Assembly: GCA_938016355.1 (NCBI GenBank)
Contig: CALLWO010000001.1
Location: 1-59,096, forward strand
Reading direction: 5' to 3'
DNA length: 59,096 nt
From: an uncultured Boseongicola sp.
GTDB lineage: Bacteria; Pseudomonadota; Alphaproteobacteria; Rhodobacterales; Rhodobacteraceae
The notes under the pieces are model-generated. The model was not told the DNA's origin. It did not search any database and saw only the letters and a list, made by a program, of their open reading frames with translations. This document shows positions 1 through 10,044 of the stretch, in pieces (position 1 is the stretch's first letter; each line of letters opens with the position of its first letter). The translations under genes and the position numbers were made by a program.

Positions 1-613
1 TCCCCATGGTATTGCAATATCCGACAGATGGGGCTGACGCTGCAGCGATTTCCATGAACTCTTCATCGTCAATCTCTCCGGAAGCCAAAAGCTCCCGCGC
101 TTTCCAAATTACCGTTCCAGAACCGGCGCGTTCGCCTTTCCACCATCCGTTCAGCATCGGGCCAACCGACAACGCGATTGCAGGAACATTGACCGTCGCC
201 GCAGCCATCAGCAGGGCCGGCGTGGTCTTGTCACATCCAATGTTCAGAACAACGCCATCAATCGGGTATCCGTAAAGCGTCTCGACCAAAGACAGATAAG
301 CGAGGTTTCTATCAAGCATCGCGGTCGGCCGCTTGCCGGTTTCCTGAATAGGATGAACCGGAATCTCGATTACGGTTCCGCCAGAAGCGATAACACCATC
401 ACGTACACGCTTTGACAGCTCGATATGATGCCGGTTGCAAGGGCTCAGATCGCTGCCGGTTTGCGCGATCCCTATGATTGGTTTGCCCGATTGGAGTTCT
501 TCGCGTGTCAGCCCGTAGTTCAGATATCGCTCCAGATACAAGGCGGTCATTTCCTGATCATCTGGGTTGTTGAACCAGCGCTGGCTGCGAAGCGTGGGTT
601 TCGTGTCGGACAT
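1..613 (-). CDS. IlvD/Edd-family dehydratase (dihydroxy-acid or sugar-acid dehydratase), N-terminal ~204 aa; the C-terminus lies outside the window
   Basis: Absent from the ORF track because it runs off the window edge. The reverse complement from the ATG at 613-611 reads [63 protein letters not shown]...[36 protein letters not shown]...[11 protein letters not shown]. This is the typical IlvD/Edd N-terminus with the CDK and CNTMG motifs. Confidence 0.8.
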   Translation of the reverse strand, partial: MSDTKPTLRSQRWFNNPDDQEMTALYLERYLNYGLTREELQSGKPIIGIAQTGSDLSPCNRHHIELSKRVRDGVIASGGTVIEIPVHPIQETGKRPTAMLDRNLAYLSLVETLYGYPIDGVVLNIGCDKTTPALLMAAATVNVPAIALSVGPMLNGWWKGERAGSGTVIWKARELLASGEIDDEEFMEIAAASAPSVGYCNTMG

Positions 614-697
614 ATTAGGTTCCTGAATTGCGGGTTTTGGGTTGCACTCTGGGTAAATGACTACCGCTAACATTACCAGAGTTTGCCGGCATCCGAC

Positions 698-712
698 TTA
701 ACCTCTTTTTCA
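698..712 (+). promoter_or_regulatory. Candidate CtrA-type box TTAA-N7-TTCA upstream of motB
   Basis: TTAACCTCTTTTTCA lies about 55 nt upstream of the motB ATG, in the divergent 614-764 intergenic region. It has one mismatch to TTAA-N7-TTAA. Confidence 0.2.
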
Positions 713-764
713 GGCCTTCGTTCTAAACCGCGGATCGGGTGGCAAAGAACAAAGAGGTGGTGGA

Positions 765-1607
765 ATGTCCGCCGATACCAAAGCGCCTATCATTATTAAG
801 CGCAAAAAGGTCATTGCTGGCGGACACCACGGTGGCGCGTGGAAAGTCGCCTATGCGGATTTTGTGACCGCAATGATGGCGTTTTTCCTGCTGATGTGGC
901 TGCTTGGGGCCACGAATGAAAAACAGCGAAAAGGTATCGCGGACTATTTTAATCCGACGATCCCGGTGAACAAAGTGTCTGGGGGTGGGAACGGGGCTTT
1001 TGGCGGCGACAGCATCTTTACAGAAAGTTCTCTGGCACACACCGGCACCGGCGCGTCCATGCAACGCGCAAGCGAACAGAACGCCGCAAAAGGCGCAACC
1101 GGCATTGATGACAGTGATGATGCGCAGGAAAGTGCGCGCGAGGCGGCGTCTTTGGATGATGTTGCCGCCATGCTTTCAGCCAAAGGCGGGGAAAGTATGT
1201 TCTCGGACTTGCTCGCCCGGCACATCGTTACCCGCCTCAGTGACGAAGGTCTGATCGTCGAAGTATTTGACCTGCCCGATCAACCGCTGTTCATCGACGG
1301 GTCAGATCCCACGCAAGCTCTTGAAACCATTATGAGATCAATCACGGAAGTGTTCCAACTTGCGGCCAATGACATCGCCATTCAAGCGCACACTGCGGCA
1401 GTCCCGGTTGTAAGCCTGACGAACCCTGTTTGGGAACTATCCAGTGACCGAGCCAACGTTGTACGCGGCCTTCTTGTGGATCAGGGCCTCGCACTAACCC
1501 GCATGCAACGCATCACTGGCTTCGCCGACAATCTACCTGCTTCTCGGAATCCTCTCGCACCGCGCAACAATCGGATCGAAGTCATCCTGCTGCGCAGCAA
1601 GGTTTAA
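765..1607 (+). CDS. motB: Flagellar stator protein MotB (OmpA-like C-terminus)
   Basis: N-terminal GGAWKVAYADFVTAMMAFFLLMWLL transmembrane helix with the conserved Asp. The C-terminus has an OmpA-like NRIEVILL. A GAGGTGG RBS precedes the ATG. Confidence 0.9.
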   Translation: MSADTKAPIIIKRKKVIAGGHHGGAWKVAYADFVTAMMAFFLLMWLLGATNEKQRKGIADYFNPTIPVNKVSGGGNGAFGGDSIFTESSLAHTGTGASMQRASEQNAAKGATGIDDSDDAQESAREAASLDDVAAMLSAKGGESMFSDLLARHIVTRLSDEGLIVEVFDLPDQPLFIDGSDPTQALETIMRSITEVFQLAANDIAIQAHTAAVPVVSLTNPVWELSSDRANVVRGLLVDQGLALTRMQRITGFADNLPASRNPLAPRNNRIEVILLRSKV

Positions 1608-1702
1608 AAGTAGACGCAATTTTAGATGTTAGGGACCCGTTAATGGCCCGTGATTTAAGCCCGTACCAATTGGGGGTCGATGCATCAGAAAGGCGCATAT
1701 AA

Positions 1703-3019
1703 ATGACCATATCTTCTTCTTTGAATGCCGGGGTTGCCGGTCTCGCCGCAAATGCCAGCCGTCTAGCGACGATTGCCGACAATATCGCAAACTCGTCGAC
1801 CTATGGCTACAAACGTGCCGAAGCTGACTTTTCTTCGCTGGTGATCGAAGGCGGGCAGGGGACGTATTCTGCCGGTGGCGTGCGCGTTACCACTCAACGC
1901 TTGATTGACCAGCCTGGCGCTTTGGCAACATCGAATAATGCGACCGACCTTGCAGTGCGTGGGCGTGGGTTTCTACCCGTAACAACAGAAAGCTCGCTTT
2001 TGAATTCTTCGGGGGATTTCCCGCTCTACCTTGCCACAACGGGTTCGTTTCGAACGGATGAGGACGGGTTCCTGAGAACTTCATCTGGCGTCACTCTCAT
2101 GGGATGGCCGGCAGATCCGGATGGCACAATTCCAACTTATCCGCGAGATACCGGCGACGGTCTTGAACCGGTACAAATCAATGTAAATCAGTTCACATCA
2201 GAGCCAACAACGCGCATCGCGCTCGGCGTCAACCTTCCTGCAACGGAAACCGAATTCGGCGCAACGGGCGACGCGCTGGAACTCTCAGTTGAGTATTTTG
2301 ACAACCTCGGGACGTCTCAATCCATCAACATTGAATTCACTCCGACAATTCCGGGCGCGGCTGGCTCCTCTAACGAATGGACGATGGTTCTCACAGATTC
2401 TGCGTCAGGCGGGACTGTTGTCGGGGAATACATTGTCACTTTCGATGAAACACGCGGGTCGGGCGGCACAATCGCGTCCGTCACCCAAGATCCGACAACA
2501 CCAATTGGCGGCGCCTTCGTTGATGCAACGGGTGATTTTCAGATCACCGTTGCCGGGGGCACAATTGATCTCAATATTGGCGCTTTGGGGGCAGGCACCG
2601 GTCTGACGCAGCTTTCCGACAGCTTTGCGCCCACGTCGATTTCCAAAGATGGCTCGCCGGTTGGCAACCTAATCTCCGTAGAAGTGGACGCCAACGGATT
2701 TGTGCGGGCCAACTTTGATATCGGGATCACACGGACGATCTATCAAATTCCGCTCATTGACTTGCCCAATCCCAATGGCCTGATTGCCGAAGACAACCAA
2801 ATCTACCGAACGTCAAACGACAGTGGGACGTTCTTTCTCTGGGATGCGGCCGACGGTCCAACAGGTGATATCGTTGGATATGCCCTTGAGGAAAGTGCCA
2901 CCGACGTTGCTGGAGAATTGACGCAGCTTATCCAAACGCAGCGCGCCTATTCCTCCAATGCGAAGGTGATCCAGACGGTCGACGAAATGCTGCAGGAAAC
3001 AACAAACATCAAACGCTAA
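1703..3019 (+). CDS. flgE: Flagellar hook protein FlgE
   Basis: N-terminal LNAGVAGLAANASRLATIADNIANSSTYGYKR and C-terminal TQRAYSSNAKVIQTVDEMLQE rod/hook family signatures; 438 aa. Confidence 0.93.
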   Translation: MTISSSLNAGVAGLAANASRLATIADNIANSSTYGYKRAEADFSSLVIEGGQGTYSAGGVRVTTQRLIDQPGALATSNNATDLAVRGRGFLPVTTESSLLNSSGDFPLYLATTGSFRTDEDGFLRTSSGVTLMGWPADPDGTIPTYPRDTGDGLEPVQINVNQFTSEPTTRIALGVNLPATETEFGATGDALELSVEYFDNLGTSQSINIEFTPTIPGAAGSSNEWTMVLTDSASGGTVVGEYIVTFDETRGSGGTIASVTQDPTTPIGGAFVDATGDFQITVAGGTIDLNIGALGAGTGLTQLSDSFAPTSISKDGSPVGNLISVEVDANGFVRANFDIGITRTIYQIPLIDLPNPNGLIAEDNQIYRTSNDSGTFFLWDAADGPTGDIVGYALEESATDVAGELTQLIQTQRAYSSNAKVIQTVDEMLQETTNIKR

Positions 3020-3035
3020 AATCTAAGGTGGCCCA

Positions 3036-4493
3036 ATGAGCATCTCATCAACACTTTCGAATGCCCTGACTGGCCTGAATGCAGCGTCCCGCGCCGCCCA
3101 AGTGGTCAGTTCGAATGTGTCCAATGCGATGACCGACGGGTATGCGCGCCGCGAACTGGACTTGAGCGCCCGAGCCATAACTGGCTCGGGCGATGGCGTT
3201 CAGGTCGATGGAATTCGTCGCGTCGTCGACGAAACGATACTCCGCGACAGACGTCTCGCAGACGCCGCTGTCGGTGAGGCAAGAGTGCAATCCGACTTTG
3301 CGCGTGCCGCCCTCGACATCATTGGTTTGCCCGGCGACGCAGGCAGCTTAGCCGCCCGTGTCGCAAGTCTGGAAGCCGCGCTTCTAGAAGCCGCATCACG
3401 CCCAGATTCTGATGTACGGCTGGCAACTGTGCTCGACGCGGCCACTGGGCTGACCGAAAGCTTGAATAACGCATCCAATAGTGTTCAGCAGCTTCGGATC
3501 GACGCCGACCAAAACATCGAGAACACTGTCATCGAGCTAAACGACACCCTCGCTCAGATTGCTGAAATTAACGGATTGATTCTGAGTGCGCGCGCGTCCG
3601 GGCAAGACAGCGCTGGTCTGGAGGATCAGCGCCAGGTTTTGGTGGATCGCATCGCCCAAAGTGTGCCGGTTCGCCAAATTCCTCGCGATAATGGAACAAT
3701 CGCCCTTTATTCCATGGGTGGCGCATTGCTGCTCGACGGCAAGCCCGCTGAATTTGGATTTCAAAACACGGATACAATCACAGCCGATATGACGCTTGCG
3801 TCCGGTGCGCTGTCAGGGCTTACGCTGAATGGTGAGCCGGTAAATACATCCGGTGGCTTCTCCCCGATAACCGGAGGCGTGCTTTCGGCACTATTCGCCG
3901 TCAGAGATGAGCAAGCGATCGACGCTCAAGATGCTCTGGACAGCATTGCGCGGGACCTGATCTCGCGGTTTGAAAGCACAAGCGCAGATCCAACGCTCAA
4001 CCCCGGGGATCCTGGCCTGTTCACAGATGGCGGTGGGGTGCTCGATCCAACCGATGTCATTGGTTTGTCCGGGCGAATTGGGGTTAATACTCTTGTAAAC
4101 CCCTCAAATGGCGGTGACCTTTCGCTGTTGCGAGACGGTTTAGGGGCAGGAGTGCAAGGTCCGCTTGGAAATAGCGAAATTCTCAACGCCCTAGGCGAAG
4201 CTCTCTCTTCTTCCCAAGCGCCCGTCGGAGGTGGATTTAGCGCAACGCTGCGGACGTTCTCTCAAATGATCTCTGACCTCACATCAAGATTCGGACAAGC
4301 CGATGTGAAGCAATCGAATAGCCTGGCATTCCAACAATCCCGCCAATCGTCCCTCCGCGACACCGAACTCGCAAACGGCGTGGACACCGATCAAGAGATG
4401 CAAAAACTCCTCTTGATCGAGCAGGCCTACGCGGCAAACGCCCGTGTCATTCGCACTGCCGATCAATTGATCCAAACCTTGTTGGAGATCTAA
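3036..4493 (+). CDS. flgK: Hook-associated protein 1, FlgK
   Basis: N-terminal ALTGLNAASRAAQVVSSNVSNAMTDGYARRE, C-terminal IEQAYAANARVIRTADQLIQTLLEI; positioned between flgE and flgL. Confidence 0.9.
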   Translation: MSISSTLSNALTGLNAASRAAQVVSSNVSNAMTDGYARRELDLSARAITGSGDGVQVDGIRRVVDETILRDRRLADAAVGEARVQSDFARAALDIIGLPGDAGSLAARVASLEAALLEAASRPDSDVRLATVLDAATGLTESLNNASNSVQQLRIDADQNIENTVIELNDTLAQIAEINGLILSARASGQDSAGLEDQRQVLVDRIAQSVPVRQIPRDNGTIALYSMGGALLLDGKPAEFGFQNTDTITADMTLASGALSGLTLNGEPVNTSGGFSPITGGVLSALFAVRDEQAIDAQDALDSIARDLISRFESTSADPTLNPGDPGLFTDGGGVLDPTDVIGLSGRIGVNTLVNPSNGGDLSLLRDGLGAGVQGPLGNSEILNALGEALSSSQAPVGGGFSATLRTFSQMISDLTSRFGQADVKQSNSLAFQQSRQSSLRDTELANGVDTDQEMQKLLLIEQAYAANARVIRTADQLIQTLLEI

Positions 4494-4496
4494 GTC

Positions 4497-5507
4497 ATGA
4501 GTATTTCATCTATTGGAGATCTCGCTCAGTCACTTCAGCTCCGTCGCGACAACGCCCGTTTGACGCTGGCCTTGAATCGCGTGACTTCGGAAATCTCTAC
4601 CGGGCAGGTCCAGGATATAACGAAAACTGTTCGAGGCGACTTCTCTTTGCTGGCGTCACTCGAACGGGGCATGACGCGCTTGGCGAGCTTCGAAACAGTG
4701 CAGAAGGAAACTGCACTGGAAGTCGACGCACGCCAAAGCACATTGGGCACCCTTAGGGAGATAAGCCAAGGTGTATCCAATACACTTTTGCTCGTTGAAA
4801 GCACGCAGGATGCGACGCTAATGACCAATGCTGCCCGAGACGCGGCAGACAGGTTCGACAGCGCACTTGGGTTGTTAAACAACCAGATCGGGGGTCGGTC
4901 ATTATTCTCGGGCCAAGCAGTAAGCGGGCCAGCAATTGCTCAGTCCGAGACCATTATGGCGGCGCTGGAACTCGCCATTGTCACGGCCGGTGCAACGACG
5001 CCCGCAGAGATAGAATCGGTTGTGGATGGCTGGTTCTCCGTTGGCGGTGATTTTGACACTGTCGCATATTTAGGAAGCGATCAGCGGCTCGACCGTGTGA
5101 ACCTTTCTGACACCGAAACGACCACCTCGCCGCCAACTGCCGAAGATGTACGATTGCGTGGCACGCTGGCTGCACTGGCGCTCGGAACACTTGTGGATCG
5201 TGGCGCATTGTCCGGCTCTGTTTCTGATCGAGGGGCTCTTCTTCAATCTGCTGGCGAGCGATTGCTGCAATCCGACAAATCTTTGGTGGAAATGCAAGCT
5301 GAGATCGGCACAATTGAGAATAAAATCGAACGCGCTAAAGCGGAAACAAACGCCGAGTTCGACGCCCTGCAACTCGCCCGCTCCGAGATAGTTAGCGTCG
5401 ACCCTTTTGAGGCGGCTTCCGAGCTGCAGGCCGTCGAAGGGCAACTTCAAGCTCTATACACGATAACAGGCCGGCTTTCTCGACTAACCCTGACGGAGTA
5501 TATCTGA
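4497..5507 (+). CDS. flgL: Hook-associated protein 3, FlgL (flagellin-like)
   Basis: Flagellin-like helical N- and C-termini (C-terminal LQALYTITGRLSRLTLTEYI). It sits directly after flgK, and its stop overlaps the flgI start (TGATG). Confidence 0.75.
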   Translation: MSISSIGDLAQSLQLRRDNARLTLALNRVTSEISTGQVQDITKTVRGDFSLLASLERGMTRLASFETVQKETALEVDARQSTLGTLREISQGVSNTLLLVESTQDATLMTNAARDAADRFDSALGLLNNQIGGRSLFSGQAVSGPAIAQSETIMAALELAIVTAGATTPAEIESVVDGWFSVGGDFDTVAYLGSDQRLDRVNLSDTETTTSPPTAEDVRLRGTLAALALGTLVDRGALSGSVSDRGALLQSAGERLLQSDKSLVEMQAEIGTIENKIERAKAETNAEFDALQLARSEIVSVDPFEAASELQAVEGQLQALYTITGRLSRLTLTEYI

Positions 5508-6604
5508 TGCGTATTTTCTTGGCCTTGGCCCTAATGCTCTGCATATCGACCGCCAATGCCGCAGAGGTTCGCATCAAGGATCTTGTCGATTTCGATGGCG
5601 TGCGCGGCAACGACCTTGTTGGCTACGGGCTCGTTGTCGGTTTGAACGGCACGGGTGACGGCATCCGAAACGCCCCATTTACCGAAGAGATCATGTCCAA
5701 CATTCTTGAGCGATTGGGCGTCAATGTAACCGGTGAGCAGTTTCGGCCGAAAAATGTAGCGGCTGTTCTTGTGACCGCAGAGCTGCCGCCTTTTGCCCGC
5801 GCAGGAGGGCGTATCGACATTACGGTTTCTGCGATCGGCGATGCAAAAAGCTTGTTGGGTGGGACGCTGATAATGACACCTCTCAACGCGGCAGATGGTC
5901 TGATTTACGCGGTCGGGCAAGGCACCATCATCGCGGGCGGAATATCAGCCGAGGGCAACGGCGGAAGTGTCACCCAAGGCGTTCCCACCGCAGGCGTCAT
6001 TCCGTCAGGAGCCCGCGTAGAACGCGAAGTGCCATTCGATTTTTCACATTTGAGCGAAATTCGACTTGCATTGCGCACGCCTGACTTCACGACAGCTGCC
6101 CGCATTGAAGCGGCGGTAAACGCAACTTTTGGTGACAGCGTGTCACGCATGATCGATCCAGGAACCGTGGTGCTCGACATCGCACGCACGGGCCTACGCA
6201 GCCCTGCCCATGCGTTGAGTTTCGTCGAAGCAATAAGAGTTGAACCTGAAACAAAGGCGCGCGTTGTCGTAGACCAACGATCAGGCACAATTGTCATGGG
6301 AGAAGACGTGCGGCTTTCTCGCGTTGCGGTCAGTCAAGGCAACCTAACAGTTCGCATTCAGGAGACGCCCATTGTGGTACAGCCGAACCCGTTTGCCGAG
6401 GGCGAGACTATCGTGGTGCCCCGAACGAGCGCCGAAATTGACGAAGAACCGGGCATCGGTCTGGCCGTTGTGGACAGCGGTGCATCGCTGTCAGAACTGG
6501 TGTCCGGATTGAATGCTCTGGGGGTCGCTCCACGCGACATGATCGATATTCTGAAGAGCATCAAAGCGGCAGGCGCGTTACACGCTGAATTTGTCGTCAG
6601 ATAA
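5507..6604 (+). CDS. flgI: Flagellar P-ring protein FlgI
   Basis: Signal peptide followed by IKDLVDFDGVRGNDLVGYGLVVGLNGTGD, the canonical FlgI motif. Confidence 0.95.
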   Translation: MRIFLALALMLCISTANAAEVRIKDLVDFDGVRGNDLVGYGLVVGLNGTGDGIRNAPFTEEIMSNILERLGVNVTGEQFRPKNVAAVLVTAELPPFARAGGRIDITVSAIGDAKSLLGGTLIMTPLNAADGLIYAVGQGTIIAGGISAEGNGGSVTQGVPTAGVIPSGARVEREVPFDFSHLSEIRLALRTPDFTTAARIEAAVNATFGDSVSRMIDPGTVVLDIARTGLRSPAHALSFVEAIRVEPETKARVVVDQRSGTIVMGEDVRLSRVAVSQGNLTVRIQETPIVVQPNPFAEGETIVVPRTSAEIDEEPGIGLAVVDSGASLSELVSGLNALGVAPRDMIDILKSIKAAGALHAEFVVR

Positions 6605-6666
6605 TCTGTCGATCTAAAGCTTCCCAGAACAAAGCAGGCTAAGGTTTCTCGCAGTCTACGAAACGC

Positions 6667-7428
6667 TCAGAAGTATCCACGCACCAGCGCACCGCTCACC
6701 AAGCTCCAGCCGTCAACAACGACAAAGAATGCAAGCTTGAAGGGGAGCGAAACAATCGCTGGCGGCACCATCATCATACCCATCGACATCAGAATGGCGG
6801 CCACAACAAGGTCAATGATGAGAAACGGTAGAAAGATCAAAAAACCGATCTGAAATGCGCGTTCGATTTCGCTCAAAAGGAATGATGGCACAAGAATGGA
6901 AAGCGGCGTGTCGGCTTGTTGGTTGATCGATACATCTGGGCGAAGAGACGCCATTGTTGAAAGAGTCTCTGGGTCAACGCGGCCAAACATGAATTCTCGA
7001 AATGGCATTATGCCAAGCGAAAAGGCGGTGTCGGCCGACAATTCGCCGTCTAACAGCGGTTGACCTGCAACGCTCCAGGCTTCGCGGAAAACCGGCTCCA
7101 TTACAAAATAGGTTAGGAAAATCGCAAGGCTGACAATCAGCATGTTCGGCGGGGATTGCTGAAGTCCGATGCCCTGTCTCAAGATCGCGAGCACGGTAAC
7201 CATGAATGGGAAACACGTTATCATGATCGCGATGCCTGGAACGAGGCTCAGGATCGTCAACAAAACAAATAATTGCAGCGCGCGGGCCGTTAGAGAACCA
7301 TCACCACCCAGATCAAAGGAAACCGACTGCGCACCAGCCGCCGTTGCGACTAAAAGAAAGACGAACGCAAGCGTGCCGACGACGTGTGCCTTCCAGATGT
7401 ATTTCCGCTTTTGGAACTCTCTCGTCAC
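6667..7428 (-). CDS. fliP: Flagellar export apparatus protein FliP
   Basis: Signal peptide plus FQIGFLIFLPFLIIDLVVAAILMSMGMMMVPP. The GTG start overlaps the fliN stop (GTGA). Confidence 0.95.
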   Translation of the reverse strand: MTREFQKRKYIWKAHVVGTLAFVFLLVATAAGAQSVSFDLGGDGSLTARALQLFVLLTILSLVPGIAIMITCFPFMVTVLAILRQGIGLQQSPPNMLIVSLAIFLTYFVMEPVFREAWSVAGQPLLDGELSADTAFSLGIMPFREFMFGRVDPETLSTMASLRPDVSINQQADTPLSILVPSFLLSEIERAFQIGFLIFLPFLIIDLVVAAILMSMGMMMVPPAIVSLPFKLAFFVVVDGWSLVSGALVRGYF

Positions 7429-7715
7429 GTCGACCCATTGGAGTTTGTGATTTCCGTGAGACGGACCCCAAGCTTGCCGGACCCTTCTTCGCCAATCTCT
7501 TCCAGCTCGCCGCGCGCAATAAGTTTGTCGCCGATGTAAAGCTCGACAGGGTCATCAATGGATCGATCCAGCGAAAACACGGCGTCTTCACCGACCGACA
7601 GCAATTCCTTTACAAGCGGGCGCGCTTTGCCGACGCAGATAGTGATCTCAACCGGAACTTGCCCGAATGGGGTTTCGGCCAGTTTGTCCGGATTTTCTGA
7701 TGGAAGGTCTGTCAT
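7425..7715 (-). CDS. fliN: Flagellar motor switch protein FliN (SpoA domain)
   Basis: VPVEITICVGKARPLVKELLSVGEDAVFSLDRSIDDPVELYIGDKLIARGELEEI is the typical FliN/SpoA fold signature; 96 aa. Confidence 0.9.
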   Translation of the reverse strand: MTDLPSENPDKLAETPFGQVPVEITICVGKARPLVKELLSVGEDAVFSLDRSIDDPVELYIGDKLIARGELEEIGEEGSGKLGVRLTEITNSNGST

Positions 7716-7725
7716 GGTCTGGTGA

Positions 7726-8334
7726 TTATCCCGAAGATGCTTTTGGTTTCTCTAGGTCTTGGAACGCTGCGAGTTGTGCGCGCACCATGTCCACTAATGG
7801 ATTGAAATCAGTCACATTTTCTTCCTTACCAAGCCTCAGGTAAGCTTGATTCTCACCTAGGCTGGGTTCTGGACGCACAACCAGATCAAACTGGGAAAGT
7901 TCATCGACCAGGTCCTCGAACAGAGGCGCAGTGTTGGTAGACGCAATGAGTTCTATGGAAGGGTTCAGGTGCGCCTCTGCGAGCTTCAAGATTTCCTCGC
8001 GGACACTCAGTTTCAACATATCCGGCGCGATCTCTGCAAAGAATTGATCGAGCAATGCGTCAAGTAGCTTTGCGATTTCTCCGCGTAACTGACCGACCGC
8101 TTCGTGATACGTGAACCCAAGATCCTGGACGCAACGCTCAAATTCAGATGTGACCCGTTTTCCCTGAACGCGAGATGCCTCTGCTGCATCTTCCCAACCC
8201 GATGCGTAACCGGCTTCGTACCCTCTGGAGCGGATTTCCTCGGCGTCGGCTTGCGCGACTTCGGCTCCAGCAGGTGTTGCTCCAAACTGGCGACTTGAAA
8301 CTTCAAATTCCTCAAGAATGTGGCGCATGCTCAT
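7726..8334 (-). CDS. FliH-like flagellar export assembly protein
   Basis: EEIRSRGYEAGYASGWEDA is a Gly/aromatic repeat typical of FliH/YscL, and the gene sits after fliF. I prefer the ATG at 8334-8332 because it forms an ATGA overlap with the fliF stop. The track ORF extends to 8364. Confidence 0.55.
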   Translation of the reverse strand: MSMRHILEEFEVSSRQFGATPAGAEVAQADAEEIRSRGYEAGYASGWEDAAEASRVQGKRVTSEFERCVQDLGFTYHEAVGQLRGEIAKLLDALLDQFFAEIAPDMLKLSVREEILKLAEAHLNPSIELIASTNTAPLFEDLVDELSQFDLVVRPEPSLGENQAYLRLGKEENVTDFNPLVDMVRAQLAAFQDLEKPKASSG

Positions 8335-9938
8335 CTTGCCTGCTCGGTTTGGTCTTGCATCCATTGCGAAAGAACTTCGACAGATTCGTCCTTACGATCT
8401 TCGATCAGACGTCGCAGGCGCGAGGCCGGCTCTTCCCCAGTTTCCTGAGCGCCCATGCTATCAAGCGGCGTTGCAAAATCTGCCATTTCGAATCCTGGGC
8501 CGCCCAACTCACCATCAAGTGGTGGCAGCGCGGGCATACCAGACGGTGCGCTTCCACCAGGCGCTGGTAGTTGGGCGTTGTTCGGGGCCGAACCCCCACT
8601 CAAAAGAGGTCGGACCACGAAGAGGCCCAGAATTAGACTGACGAGTGCGAGAACTGCGAGTTGAACTAGCGCCATTGCATCAAATGATAAACGCTCGAAC
8701 AACCCAAGCGGTGCCAGGGCAGGCAATGGCGGCGTGTTCTGAAACTGGAGGGAACGGATTGTAATCGTGTCGCCACGGGCGTCGTCAAATCCAATCGCGG
8801 ACGACACCAGGGCGCGCAAACTCTCCAATTCATCTTCTGTTCGCGCCTGCCAAACAACTTCTCCTGCTTCCGAAATGGTTTCTTCGCCGTCAACAAGCAC
8901 AGCCACGGTAATCCGACGGACAGCGCCGGGTTCCCTCAAAAGCTCACGCTGGGTTTCGGAAACCTCATAATTCACCACTTCGCGATTGCGCGTTTCGCTG
9001 CTTTCCGAAGACTGCCCAGAGCCTGCGCCGTCGCCGTCGGGCAGGTTCGAGGCGACAGTGACCGCGCCTCCTCGCGCGTCATTCGCCCGCGTAGTCGTTT
9101 CTTCGTTGTCAGAACTGATCGCAATTCTGCTATCTGGATCGACACGGCGCTCTGAAATCACTTCGCGCTCGGTCACAGTATCGACGTTCACTTCGACGAT
9201 CGCGTTACCCGTGCCGACCCGCGCTTCCAACAGTCTCATTACATTTTGGCGCAACGTGTCGGCCCGGCGATCAGATGATCCCGCGAAGCCGCCGCCTGCA
9301 ATCGAATCCAATGGAATAAGGCCAGATCGGCTGTCGATGACCGAAACATCATTGGCCGCCAAGCCGGTCACTGCCGAAGCCACGAGATGGCGAAGGGCGA
9401 GCGCCTGTGGCGGTGTGAGCATGCCGCTTGTTGTTGTAACCGTAACCGAAGCCGATCCAACCTGCCCGCGTGAAAACGGATCGTTTGTTGGGTTTGAAAG
9501 GTGGACGCGCGCCGCCGAGATCTGACGATTTGAGGTTATTGTGCGAGCAAGCTCGCCCTCTTTCGCGCGCCAATAGGCTGCATCAAACATCTGGGACGTC
9601 GTGCCAAACCCGGAAAGGTTATCGAGAAGTTCGTAACCCTGGCCGCCGTTCGACGGCAGCCCGTCTCCAGCCAGCGCCATGCGCAAGCCATCACGCTGGG
9701 TGGAGTCCACATAGATCGCAGGTCCACGAACCTCGAAAATTGCGCCCTGGGCCTCAAGTGCGGCCACCACTTCGCCGGCGGCCGCAGGCTCAAGACCCGC
9801 ATAAAGGAGCGTCATCCGCGGTGATGTCGCAGTGCGCGCCAAAAGCAAAACAGCACCAAACATTGCGATCGTCGCGAGCGCGACAATGATCTGTCTCTTA
9901 ACTGTCAGCTTGGACCAAGCGCTGGTCATTTGTTCCAC
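8331..9938 (-). CDS. fliF: Flagellar MS-ring protein FliF
   Basis: 535 aa with an N-terminal TM segment, LSGFGTTSQMFDAAYWRAKEGELARTI, a C-terminal TM segment and an acidic tail. Confidence 0.93.
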   Translation of the reverse strand: MEQMTSAWSKLTVKRQIIVALATIAMFGAVLLLARTATSPRMTLLYAGLEPAAAGEVVAALEAQGAIFEVRGPAIYVDSTQRDGLRMALAGDGLPSNGGQGYELLDNLSGFGTTSQMFDAAYWRAKEGELARTITSNRQISAARVHLSNPTNDPFSRGQVGSASVTVTTTSGMLTPPQALALRHLVASAVTGLAANDVSVIDSRSGLIPLDSIAGGGFAGSSDRRADTLRQNVMRLLEARVGTGNAIVEVNVDTVTEREVISERRVDPDSRIAISSDNEETTTRANDARGGAVTVASNLPDGDGAGSGQSSESSETRNREVVNYEVSETQRELLREPGAVRRITVAVLVDGEETISEAGEVVWQARTEDELESLRALVSSAIGFDDARGDTITIRSLQFQNTPPLPALAPLGLFERLSFDAMALVQLAVLALVSLILGLFVVRPLLSGGSAPNNAQLPAPGGSAPSGMPALPPLDGELGGPGFEMADFATPLDSMGAQETGEEPASRLRRLIEDRKDESVEVLSQWMQDQTEQAR

Positions 9939-9986
9939 GGGGTTCTCCGCGTTTGTTGCCTTGTGAATGCTTCTGACATGCCCGCC

Positions 9987-10001
9987 TTAACAATCGGTTA
10001 G
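9987..10001 (+). promoter_or_regulatory. Candidate CtrA-type box TTAA-N7-TTAG in the fliF/fliL divergent promoter region
   Basis: TTAACAATCGGTTAG has one mismatch to TTAA-N7-TTAA. It shares the extended TTAACAATC with the box upstream of the flagellin gene. Confidence 0.3.
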
Positions 10002-10044
10002 TCACAACGGGTTATCTAATCCGTGATTGTTAGGAGACAGCGCG

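Noticed and set aside
6-670. The plus-strand ORFs 6-275 and 425-670 at the window start.
   Set aside because: The minus strand encodes a convincing IlvD/Edd dehydratase N-terminus across this interval. The plus-strand ORFs are shadows of it.
1640-1660. A sigma-54-like TGGCCC...AAGC element and a TTAA...TTAA pair upstream of flgE.
   Set aside because: The GG-to-GC spacing is 2 nt too long for a -24/-12 promoter. The TTAA repeats are separated by 11 nt rather than the 7 nt of a CtrA box.
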